NCBI GenBank assembly: GCA_001179505.1
Contig: CDMY01000477.1
Span: 186,001 to 250,000, forward strand
Direction: 5' to 3'
Length of the DNA: 64,000 nt
Source: Vitrella brassicaformis CCMP3155
Lineage: Eukaryota; Protista; Chromerida
The notes beneath the pieces were generated by a model. That model was not told the origin of the DNA and made no database searches. It was given only the letters and a program-made list of their open reading frames with translations. The number at the start of each line of letters is the position of its first letter. Positions within the stretch are counted from its first letter, which is position 1. A program made the translations under genes and the position numbers. This document shows positions 11,174 to 23,600 of this stretch, in pieces.

Positions 11174-14100
11174 GTGCAGGAGGTGTTCCGTGAGGAGGCC
11201 AAGAGTCTGAAGCTGCAGGACATCGACTGGGGGCGGCCCATCGGGTCGCCGCACACACACGGCACACAAGGTAGGTAATCCACAGTGGATCGATCATGCA
11301 CATCAAAACGTGGTGACATCAACATGGATGCGTGTGTGCGTGTGCACCAGCAGGCCGTGATTTGTCGTTCTACACGAGCGGCCAGGAGGGAGAGGGCGAC
11401 AGAGCCAAGAAGGTGTGTTCGTCCCATCCGTCCATCCGTCCATCCCACACACGTCATGTGTCTGTCTGTCTGTCTGTGTGTTTGTGTGTCTGTGTGCAGT
11501 TGAGTACCGAGAGCTCCTCTACAGGTGAAGGACGTAAGCAAGTACCAGGTCTTTCTGCCGTAGCTGGCCTTCTGTGTGTGCGCCCACGCATCCATGTTCA
11601 TGTGTGTATGTGTGTATGTGTGTGTGTGTGCAGGTTCGCCCCCTCCCCCTCTGCTGTCGGCCGACTCGACCAACCAGCTCTCGTCCCCGACACCTCACAC
11701 ACCACAGCAGCACCAGAAACGAGTGGTACGGCTGGCTGGCTGGATGGATGGATGAATGGACACACGCGCACACACATAGATGAGATGAACGAATCTATGT
11801 TGTATGTGTATCTGATGTAGAGTTTTGACGGCGACCCGTTCCCCGCTGCGGCAGGGGCTGCCGGCCAGCCAGGAGCCGAGAAGTCGCCACAGATGGAGCA
11901 GACTGGACCTAGTGTCGTTTTCCCAAGGTGCGCTGTGCACTGTCGTGGCAAGTGTACTGTGTCTATGAGAGGTCCATCTCTGTGTGTGTCTGCGTCTCTG
12001 TGTGTGTGTGTTTGCCTGCAGGACGCCATCGCCCGTTTACAACTACGAGCAGACCAGGTTAGGCACACACATACACCCTGGTTCGGCCATCTCCACCTTG
12101 TGTGTCTTGGTCTTTCTGCCCATCCATCAGCCGGATTCTGTTCGGTGCCAACCGGGACCAGCAGAAGAACCCTGTCTTCGACCCTATCACCGAGGAGTCC
12201 AAGCAGCAGCAGCAGCAGCAGCAGCAACACCCACAGCAGCAGCAGCAGCAGCCGCCGCCACAGCCGCCTCAACAACCACCCCCCCCGCAGCAGCAGCAGG
12301 CCAAGGACCCAATCGCTCTGCACCCCTTCATGAACGTGCCCATGAACTACGGGATGATGATGTGCGTCACGCAAAGCCACGCCATTTCAACCCTGAAATA
12401 GAACCAAACACACACCGCCATCCCTCTCCTCTGTGTGTGCAGGATGCCCACGATGCCGGGTATGATGGGCATGGGCCAGCAGCAGCAGATCCCATCGGCA
12501 GAGGGCGGCGGGGCTGCCAGTGACGACATGGCCACCGTCAGCCACACCACACCGGAGGTCTCAGAGGTACGCACACCACACACACTGCGTGGTCACACGA
12601 AGGCCTCCGTTTGTGGCTGTGTGTGTATGTGTGTGTGCGTGTGTGTCGCTGTCAGGGTGACGGTGTGGGCGGGCCGCTGTCGACCTCCAACCTCAGCACC
12701 ATATCGGGCCAAGGGGTAGCAACCAACACACCAAACCAAACCATCCACACACACATGGGTGGTGCTTGTGTGTCAATGTGCTCACTCAGAGCAAGACTGC
12801 CCCGATTGGTCCGCCGTCGGCGGGCACCACCGCCCAGCAGCAAAACCAGCAGCAGCAGGCCATGAGTTTCTACAACCCCCTCATCCCGCCCTTCTATAAC
12901 ATGATGGGTGAGTTGCCATCTTCACCTGTAAACACAACACACGGCACACGGCACACGGCTTGTGGGCATGGCTGGCTGCTCTCACTCACACAGTGGGCCA
13001 GGCTGCATGCCTCATGCAGCAGCCCCACTTTGGTGCGTGCGTGCGCGCGTGTGTGTGTGGATCCATCCATCCATCCATATGTTGTGGACGTGTGTGTGTC
13101 GTGTGTGCAGGCATGGCTGGGTCAGGGAAGGCCCCTGGCAGCTACGCACCCGAGGACCCCTCTGCGGCCGGCAGCGCTGCTGCTGTTGGTGGTGGTGTGG
13201 GTGGCGGTGGTGGTCAGCAGCAGCAGCAGCCTTCAGCGAATTTCCCCAACTTCCCAGCAGCGATGATGTCGTTCCCCATGACGACGATGCCCTTCCCCAA
13301 CATGATGGTGCACCCTGGCATGGCCGCCAACATGAACATGGGCGGCATGAACGTGGGATTCCCCATGCAGCCCATCAACCTCAACGGTCCGCTGGAGGGA
13401 CACACAGAGAGACAACGGGAGAGGGAGAGAGGGAGTGTGTGTGTGTGTGTGTGATGGTGTGTGCGATCTGCAGATCCGTCGTCGCTCAACACGCACCAGA
13501 AGTCGGTGCAGGACACTCTGGCGCTCTTCTCGCAGTGGGCCGCCAACAACCCTTCCACCTCACCGGACCAACTCAAGAGCGTCTCAACCATACAAACCGT
13601 ATAGACGCTGCTGGTCCACACACACACACCATCTCTCTCTCTCTCTCTCTCTCCTTTGCAGGCCCTGATGCAGCAGCTGCAGAGCTGCCAGGCCATGATG
13701 ATGCAGGGTGGGGCAGCAGCAGCAGGCGCCCCCGGGCAGCAGTCGCAGCAGCACACGCCAACAGCAGCCTCCCTCCCAAGTGCCGCGAGTGGTGATGCTG
13801 TGGGCGTGGGTGTGGGTGTGCCCATGGCCACAGTGCAGCAGCCAGGAGGAGTAGGGGGGCTCGGTGTCGGCGGGGTGTCTGAGCACCAACATCCGCCCCC
13901 CGCTGCAGGAGGGTCAGACGCCAACCAGCACTTGGGCGTGTTGGGCAAGGCGCCTGCACAGCCGACATTCGGTCTGGGTGGGCTTACCATGGCTGCCGGG
14001 GCCACTGCTGGTAGATAGATGCATGTGTGTGTGGCTGAAAGCGTCTTTTGTAGGTGTGGGTATCTTGACGGTGCTCTGTGTGTGTGTGTGTGTGTGTGCA

Positions 14101-17100
14101 GAGGGCAACCTGTCGCCGAGCACCGACAAGCGGGGCAAGAGAAGGGAGAAGGAGAAGCAGACGGGCCAGGACAGGCGCCACAACCCCAATGCGCCTCAGC
14201 CACACCACACACAAGGCGGAATGGGTAAGTGAGGCTGTGGGCGGATACACACACATCACACGTGTGTGTGTGTGGTGCAGGTCTGGCGCAGCAGCAGGGG
14301 CGTGGCGGCCAGGGGGCACACAGAGGCGGCGGGCAGCAGCAAGGCAGAGATGGGGTACGTGTGTGCGTGTGACACACACATCCGATTAACTACTCACATG
14401 TCATTCATTCATCAACGTGTACTCGTATGTGTGTCTCTGTCTGGTGTGTGCAGGACTCCACGTCGCTCGCCCCTCTGCCGGAGGGCTGCACGCCACTACT
14501 AGAGGAGTTCAGGTACCCTAGACAGACAGACAGATAGACACACGCAGCCGTGATACACTCGCCAATGTACCCCCACACACACACGTCTGTGTCTGTTTCT
14601 GTCTCTGTGTGTGTGTGTGTGTGTGTGTAAAGGCGGGGCAAGAGAAAGTTCGAGCTGACGGACATCCTGCCCAACATCGTAGGCACAAATGGATGGATGG
14701 AGGGATGGATGGACGCCACACCCCTCCCCCTACACCCACACCAACACCAACATGTGTGGGTGTGTGTGTGTGTCTGCAATAAACACAGGTTGAGTTTGCG
14801 CAGGACCAGTTCGGCAGCCGATTCATCCAGCAGAAACTCGAGGTACCTTGCCACCAAAACCCCCTCCCAGCCCCCCCCCACACACGCACCTCTGTGTGCG
14901 TCTGTCTGTGTGCCTGTGTGTGCAGACTGTTGGGGATGAGGAGAAGCAGGCCGTCTTCCTTCACATCCTTCCTGAGGCAGGGGCAAGCAAAGCATAAGCA
15001 GCATGCCACTCACGCACACACACTACACACACTACACACAACACGCCCCCCCCAAAGAAGGAACTGCAACACATGTGTGTGTGTCTCTCTGTATCTGTGT
15101 CTGTTAAGGCGTCTAAGCTCACTACTGACGTGTTTGGCAACTACGTCATCCAAAAGTTCTTCGAACACGGTACAACAGACCCACACATGCATCCAGAATA
15201 TGCGTGAGTGTGTGTGTGTGTTGTGCAGGCTCCAACGAGCAGAAGCGCATCCTGGCTGAGCAGCTGGTGGGGGAGGTCCTCAGGCTGTCCCTCCAGATGT
15301 ACGGCTGCCGCGTCATCCAAAAGGCGCTTGAGGTCCGCACACACACACACACACACCACATGCACCTACCCACTGTGTGTGTCCTTTGTGTGTGGCGTGT
15401 TGTTGTGCAGTCGATATCGGTGGACCAACAGGTGCTGCTGGTGGGCGAGCTCAAGAACCACGTCATCAAATGCGTCGAAGACCAAAATGGTACACACACG
15501 CATACACACACGGATGGATGGGTGACTCGTTCGTTTGCCAATTGGTTGATGCAGGCAACCACGTGATTCAGAAGTGCATTGAGAAGATGCCCCAGGACAA
15601 GATACAGTTCGTCATCGACGCTTTCAGGGGACAGGTACACACACATACAAACACACGAGCTGTATATGTGTCTCTCACTCTCTCTCTCTCTCCCTCTCTC
15701 TCTGTGTGTGTGGCCGGCCCTTGATTCGTTTGAACAGATTCAGCGCATGTCTGTGCACTGCTACGGCTGCCGAGTGATACAGAGACTTCTCGAATACTGC
15801 AGCCACACACAAATCGTAAGTAACCATATCCCGACACACACACACATACCCACACACAGACACGTGTCCTTGCTGTGTGTGCAGGCGTGTCTGCTGGACG
15901 AGATATCGCGGTACATCCCGTCGCTTGCCCAGGACCAGTACGGCAACTATGTGGTGCAGCATGTTCTGGAGTTCGGACGGCCGCCGGACAAAGAGTGAGT
16001 CGGGCACACACACACACAGACACACACACACACATCGGTGGGCATCCTTCTGATGTCTGAGTGCGTGTGTGTGTGTGTAATCGGACAACCAGTGCGGTGA
16101 TCACGCTGATCAAGAACAACATCAAGCAGTACAGCACACACAAATTCGCCAGGTGAGTGCCTTGCCTGTGTGGGCCACATACACACACACACGTATGGCT
16201 GCAATGGGCAAATGCATGTGTGTGTGGCAGCAACGTGGTTGAGAAGTCCATCCAGTTCGTGACGCCCGAGCAGCGCAAAGACCTCATCAGCGCCGCACTG
16301 GGCGACCCCGCTGACCCGTACGTCTCCACACACACACACTCGTCGTCTTGCTGACGTACACAATATATATCTCCCATGTGTGTGTGTGTGTTTGACAGGA
16401 ATCCGCCCATATTGACGATGATGCGTGACCGCTACGCCAACTATGTCGTCCAGAGAATGCTCGAAACTGCCGAGGGTGAGAGGGGATGCGCCAATGGGCG
16501 TGTGGTGTGGTGTGCATCGGTCTGTATCCATGGACACCATTTGCGCGTGTGTGTGTGTGTATTCAGGTCACCAGAAGGACATGTTGGTGGTGCGTTTGTC
16601 CGAGCAGCTGCACACCCTGAAGAAATTCACATACGGTACACACACACACACATTCCACCTCTCCCCCTCTCCCTCCCCCGACCCGACCAACCTATCCACA
16701 ACACACCCATCCATCCATCCGTTCCGTTCATTTGTGTGTGTGGCCATCCATCATGGGTGTGTGTAGGCAAGCACATAGTCACGGCGCTCGAGCGCATCAA
16801 CAGACAGCGAGCGGGACTCGACGACTCCTCACTCGGCGGAATGGGTGCCTACACAAAGCACAGACACACCCAACCACAATCAATGGGTCCACCCGTGTAT
16901 GTCAACGGATGTGGATGGATGGATCAGATTCGTTGACCCCCCGCCACGGTTCGACGCCCACCAACCTGTCGGCACACGCTACACCCACCAGCATGCAGGG
17001 CGGCGCACAGGTACATGAATGATGTCGATCAGATGATGGATGCCACACACGCGTCATCCATCCATCCATCCATCATCCATTGTCTGTCTGCCTGTATTGA

Positions 17101-17730
17101 TGCAGCCAAATCCGATGGCGATCGGCACGACGCCCCCGCTGTCTCTGTTCGGCAAACCGCCGCAGACACACACTGCTGGTACGCATCCTTGGGTGGCTGG
17201 ATGGGTGGACAGACACACGTACACTGTACACTGTGCGGCTACCGATGGATGAGTGCAGGTGGTGCGTGGGGTGCGGCTGACGGTTTTGCGCCTTCGCCAC
17301 ACAGCATGGGCAGGGGCACAGGTCAGGAAGGACTATACTCATACATACGCACACAATGCCTAATGCCTGTGTGGAAAGGTATGTGTGTACGTCTGTCTGT
17401 CTCGGACTGCCTTCATCCAGCGAGCATGTGGGACCCCTCTCTGACACGCCCACCACTCATCATGAACCTGCCACCAGGTCACCTACACACACGCTCTGAC
17501 CCCTGCCCCCACCTCACACACAGATCATCGCAATATATGTGTAAAGATGTAGCGATGTGTATGGTGTGGTGTGTTGTGTTGTGTTGTGATTGTGTGCAGA
17601 TCCGTCGCCGGTGCCGGGCGGCCAGCCGGCCCCCCAGCCGCCGCCCACAGAGGACCAGTCGGGGCACTTTTTCATGAACGGCAGACAGCCGGGAGGATTC
17701 AACTACTTCGCCATGGGCAGGCAGTACTGA
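10657..17730 (+). CDS. PUF: Pumilio/PUF RNA-binding protein with 8 PUF repeats and a long low-complexity N-terminus; many exons
   Basis: Repeats: [120 protein letters not shown], then KFTYGKHI. N-terminal exon structure is approximate. Confidence 0.95.
12203..12300 (+). repeat. (CAG)n-rich polyQ/polyP tract in the PUF N-terminus
   Basis: [33 protein letters not shown] read in the exon frame. Confidence 0.85.
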
Positions 17731-18579
17731 CTGACTGACTGCTCGACTCGACTGACCGACCCATCCCATCAACCCAGACACACTTCCATACGCTGCTTCC
17801 GTACACATCTGTGCGCCTGCATGTATGTATTGTATCCGTCGGTATTTGTGTGTTGAGTGGCTTGGCCGTGGGTGAGTGGGTGGGTGGGTGGGTGGCTTGC
17901 CTGTGAGAGTGGTGTGTGTCCTTTACATGCGGTGTGTGCATCGATCCTCATCCTATCGCAGTGTGTATGTGTGTGTATTGCCCGGCTGATGGATGGATGG
18001 ATGTCCGTGTGGACACGTGTGTGTGTGTGTGTGCCTATGTGTGTGTGATGATCTTTTTCTTCTCTCTCTCTCTCTCTCTGAGTGTGTGTGTGTGTGTGTG
18101 TATGTGGCTCCCCTCTATATATCCCCCTCACGTGTGTACGTATGTGTGTCGGCCAGGCCACCGTAAAGGCCGGCACGCACTGAGCGAGTGAGCGAACGAG
18201 TCTGTGAGTGCCAAAAGAAAGAGCAGTACAGATCAGATCAGAGCAGATCGATACATCATAAGTCGAGCCAGTCTATCATCAGTCGCCTACCTGCCGTAAC
18301 TGTCTATGAGGATACAATATGGACACACCACACACACAGACAGACAGACAGAGAGACACGCCAGCACGAAGGCAGACAGACAGGCGGACAGATTGGCTGT
18401 CCATATGAGAATATGTCAATATGTCGCTAAATATGTCGCTATGCACATATTCTTCTTTGTATCTCTCGTCGTGTTTCGTTCCTGTGTGCGTGAGTGCGCA
18501 CACGCGTACAACGGATGCCTCAATCCATGCACAGTCGACCACCAATGGAGGGCCACACACGCAGCGATCCATCCCCCCC

Positions 18580-18879
18580 NNNNNNNNNNNNNNNNNNNNN
18601 NNNNNNNNNNNNNNNNNNNNNNNNNNNNNNNNNNNNNNNNNNNNNNNNNNNNNNNNNNNNNNNNNNNNNNNNNNNNNNNNNNNNNNNNNNNNNNNNNNNN
18701 NNNNNNNNNNNNNNNNNNNNNNNNNNNNNNNNNNNNNNNNNNNNNNNNNNNNNNNNNNNNNNNNNNNNNNNNNNNNNNNNNNNNNNNNNNNNNNNNNNNN
18801 NNNNNNNNNNNNNNNNNNNNNNNNNNNNNNNNNNNNNNNNNNNNNNNNNNNNNNNNNNNNNNNNNNNNNNNNNNNNNNN
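18580..18879. other. Assembly gap (300 N)
   Basis: N run flanked by poly-C. Confidence 0.99.
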
Positions 18880-20270
18880 CCCCCCCCCACACACACACAC
18901 ACACCCTCCGCACACACAGACTACTCTTATCATCTTACTAGTGGATAATTTTTGTCAGTGGCAAAGGAGCACAGCACGGCACAGCAAGGCGATTGTGCGT
19001 GCGTGCGTGCGGATGTGTAAGTGCGCGTGTGTGTGTCTGTCTGTATACGTGTCAATATGTGTACGTATTTGTATCTACCCATGTCACTAACGTCACCTCT
19101 TCCAGCCAGCTTGCCGGCCTGACGGCGCTCTCTTTCCTCACTTCTCAGCTCGTCTCTTTCTCTCTCTCCCCACGACCACGTCTGTCTGTTTCAACTGTGA
19201 TCATTCATTCAAATGGACTGACCGTTTTTGCCGTCTGTGTGAATGCCTCTCTCCTGCGTACATGCGTACGTACACATGCATGGGTCGGGCGTGTTTTAAG
19301 TAGACGTGTGCAATGCAGTTGCTCTTGCTCTCTGCTATGGCCGGATATGTGTATGTGTACATCTGTTGTTGGCCGATGGCAATGTGCACGTTCGAGTGCG
19401 TGTGTGTCGGTGTGGATGGATGGACGGTGGCCAGTGTGCTTCTGGGCGGATTGTTGGGTCGTGGTGGTGGGTGGTGGTGGTTTACCCGCGTCGTGTGGGT
19501 GGGTGCATTCTCTACGTTTCTTGCTCTTGCCCGTGGCCGACCACCCTGCGACCACCGATGCCACTCGGTGGGCGGACGGCGGCGAGAGCAGGAGGTGATG
19601 GGATGCACTGACACACAGACACGACCATATGGTGGTTTAACGAGTGCTCTTCGCCATAGGTGTACATAAGACACCAACATGCTGACGGATGGATGGACGG
19701 ATGACGGATGCTACCCTTTCTCATGCCGACACACACACACACACACATCCCACTCATCCCACTGTGACTAACAGACACTCTGATGTATGATTGATACATG
19801 GATGAAGTCTGATATGAATGAGTCATCTGACCAATGACAAACACAATTGAACACACGGCTGGAGCGAGCGAGACACGAACAGAGGAACAGACGTTGACGG
19901 AATAGCGACATGAAATGGTCCACACAGCCCATGCTAGGCATACAGCCAATAGTAGGCTTACACATGACATGTCATGTATATGGACTGATGAATGAGAATA
20001 CACGCAATTGCACTGGTGAGAGAACAATTTCATGCATCAATGTAGCGAGGATGACAACTATCATGTCGTCGACAGAGGGATGTCTACTTGTAGCCGGATG
20101 GCTGAATTCACGTGTGCCCTTTCATACACAGAGACCACCCTTTTCCCTCCCCGCACTCTTCGTTACCGGTACAGTCAGGCGAGACGATATAAGCGGAGAA
20201 AAGCAAGGATGCACTCATACATGCATACATGCAGACCCTCCTCATCACCGTACAGTCAGGCGAGACAACC

Positions 20271-21330
20271 TCAAAGCGTCTGCACTTTTCTCTTTTGGAA
20301 AGTCCTCAACCTGAGAATAGAGAACCCACTTGAACTCCCTGTATCACTGCTCATCATCGACGTACATAAGACTAACACATTAAGAGCTCCTCGGCCAATG
20401 GCATCGTCTGTGTATTGCATTGTGTCTACGCAATGAAGGCACAGAGGGGGGTAACGGGATGACTTAACACTGAATACGGCATTTCCTCGTAATGCAGCTT
20501 GTTTGTAAGGCTCGTCTGGCTTTTTCTGCGGACTATTGATATACCACAATGGCTCGAAATGGCGACTCGACCATATGGCGCCACCGTGAACGTCCAAGCT
20601 TTGAAAATCAATGTTGGCACACGCATCGACACGGGGTCCAGGCCTGTACACAGACGGAATAGACACGTCGAATATGTCGAATATGGTGTGATGCTTTCTA
20701 AGTGTGATGCTTCTCAAAATATATACCTCTGTAGCAGACGGCGAAGGATATCCTTGATGTCTTCTTCAGGCATGTGATTCGGAATAAAAGCACCAGAAAT
20801 GCTGCCAATAATCGCACCCTTCGGGATGCTGGTATTAGTGAAAATCCCCAATCCGGCATCCGGTGCTACGCGACTCTTCTTCAGAACCAGCGAATACCCG
20901 TGCTCATTCTTTATCTGTTTCAATCGGGCAATCATGAACATATGGGTCAGCGATTGAGGAGATAGATGACCGGCTTCATCTATCTTTTTCAGGTCCTCGA
21001 ACGTCTGAAAAACATCATAGTGATATTCACATATAATGACATATAATATATGACATCCTTTTACCCGTCAAATACCTGATTAATGTATTCGATCATCCCG
21101 TCTTTGTGAAAAATTGTGGTGTTGGCATGATGTGGCAAACTGTCGATGCAGCCGTAGTCGATTGTCTTCGCTTTGTCCAATATGGGGTGACTGTTTCCTG
21201 TCTGTCGCACCGCATCACTCGGCAGGAAGATAGGCCTGAACGAGACATAAGAGACATAGCCAATCTACCCAAATGCAAACGCGCCAATCCCAGCCAAACA
21301 GCGCTGCCGCCACGCTTCCAGCCCCACCAT
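20271..21330 (-). CDS. SET-domain-like protein with short AT-rich introns; C-terminus unresolved, possibly degenerate
   Basis: SET N-terminal motif LVLKKSRVAPDAGLGIFTNTSIPKGAIIG and a later LWYINSP...NAVF resembling the RFINHS.PN motif. GT-AG introns at 21268-21236, 21075-21005 and 20726-20698 each join open frames. Confidence 0.5.
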
Positions 21331-22559
21331 CCTGCTGCCCCACTCAAATAAGCTTCCCCTACCGTCCAAGCGGCAGACCCAACTTGCTTAGAAGCGCGTC
21401 CATCTGCAGCAGCGCAGGTGTTGACATCCTCCACAAACTTCGCCCTGCGGACAGGCGCCTGGGTATCTCTTTCGGGTGTGCTTCAGGCCACTCAATAGAT
21501 GCCTCGTTCTAGTCATTCGTGGCGCCATGAATGTGGCGATACGACGGGAAGATCAAGCCAGAATGCGGCCTGATATTTGCCTGATATTGAACATCATACT
21601 CGCCTCAGGAATCATAAGAGACCCTCTCTTTTCCTGCCACGCACCCAAATAAAACGTGAAACATCGCCCCTGCATTGCATCTGGGTCCTTATGAAACGCT
21701 GACGCAAGCAGACAATTGAGCGTGGCGGCTGCATGCTTTTCTTGTGCTGGCACTAATGGCAGGGGCTCGGCTGGATCTGAACGATGAGTTGATAGCGGTA
21801 GCGAGCGCCGGGCATTTCTTCCTCGGCCATAAGGCACACATTGCCCTGCGGGTCGTCGCGATTCCACACGATATTCATGGCCCGGCACGTGATCTCGTTG
21901 CAGCCCATAAGACGGCCCAGCTGCACCGTCTGCCGCTCCTCCGAGATGGTCAACCTCCTTGGGTCGGCGGATCTGTCGCTCTGTGGATGCATGCTGCTGG
22001 CACAAGAGGCACACTCGCTAGTTGACGCCGCGATGGCTGATGCTGGTGTGAGAAGGGTTAAAAGGGCGGCTGCTGTTGTGAGAAGAAAACGCAGGGATCA
22101 TCCGCTGGTCCGCTCCGCCAACAGACAAACTGATCAGCTGCGCTGCGAAGCCTCTGATCTTAGGAAAGATCGGTAGATCCAACACGCAGCAGAAGGAAAA
22201 GAAATGCAATGTTCAGCAGATGTGCTTGCGTATTGTTGGTGCTGTGCGGTGGTGGCTCATACGCATGGTGATGGTGGCCTGCTTGAACTTCATGAAGACG
22301 GCGAATTCGTCCACTCAGATATATGTGCGAGAAGGAATGCCCCTTCCCCTCCAACGCGTGACATTTCAATTGGCGCCTGCCCTGCATTTGATGACATACA
22401 CATCACACAAATGACAGCATCAGCCAAGTATACGCATGCTGTCGCTCCCTGTCGTTACGTACCTGACACAATTCGCAAGACAATTCGCTTGCTGCCGAAC
22501 GGCTGCAGTCGTAGAGGTCCAAGCAAGGAAGAGGCTAGCGTCACGAAGGACGCAAATGG

Positions 22560-23600
22560 GTGATGATTGCAGTGGGTATCATCACCATGCAGCCAGGCAT
22601 CTCATCTCCCTTTTTGCCCCGTCTGGTACGCCCTCTCTGCCATCCCTCCACCGAACCGGTCAGATCTGTCTCGTCTCATTGCGACTCTCCTGGCTTCTTG
22701 CAATGCATGTGGCCGCTTTACATGACGCATACACAAGCCAAGAAAGCCGAGAACACCGCAAAAACCAAGAAAAATGGACATGTTTCCTGGCCAACACGCA
22801 AAATTGGCGTGGGGGGAAAGCCAAGCTCGCAGGTTCTTCGCTCGGAAGATCTATGGTCTTCGACGCCCACTGAAGATGTCTGGCAAGCCAATCGACTCTA
22901 CAGCCGCTTTGAGAAGCAGGACCTGAGCGACTCATCTGACGATGAAGCCCTGTGCAAGCAGAAGAAGCAGACAGCTACCAGCTCGAGGTCGGCAGGCCAA
23001 CGTGTGACAGGAGAATGCGATGTGCCCTCCACATCTGCAGGTAGAAACGCAGACGAGGCTCCGAAAGGAGCAGAAAGTCACATTGGCTTTTGCTTTTCGT
23101 GTCAGAGATGCCTAGCTACAAGTGCGCCTCAATGCCTCGGCTACGTTCCCATCACTGCACGTCGTGCGGCAAGTCACCCACTGCTGTGTCATCGCTCAGC
23201 GACTGCAACGGACAAGCAACGGATGCCATCTCATCAGCTACTGCAGCACAACCTGTCAGCGGCTGCACTGGCCCACGCACAAGGAGTTCTGTCAAGAGGT
23301 CAACGGGCTGCGCAATGTAGCCCGCTGACGAGGTTCTGGTCAAGTAATGGACGAGGGCGAATTCTACGAGCTGCAGCGATGACGAGAGAACAAGACCATC
23401 AACGAGGTGGCCAGCTACTTGCTCTTCTTGCTCTCCGCTCAAGCTCATCTTTGATGTGGTTTTGACGCGCTCCTGCTTCCTCGAAGTCGTCCTGACGATG
23501 CTCTTGAAAAGAGAAGACCTCGAGAGCCATCCCACATCTGTGGAGGGCGCTGCAGCGACCAGGCTCCTTCCCCGTTCCCCGCCTGTCGACGGGCACCATA
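22560..23600 (+). pseudogene. MYND zinc-finger protein pseudogene
   Basis: Removing 11 bp (23213-23223) restores CTSCGKSPTAVSSLSDCNGCHLISYCSTTCQRLHWPTHKEFC, a complete MYND pattern. In-frame TGAs follow at 23326, 23380 and 23452. Boundaries are approximate. Confidence 0.7.

Noticed and set aside
20271-23330. SET and MYND pieces as one SMYD gene
   Set aside because: They lie on opposite strands about 2 kb apart.
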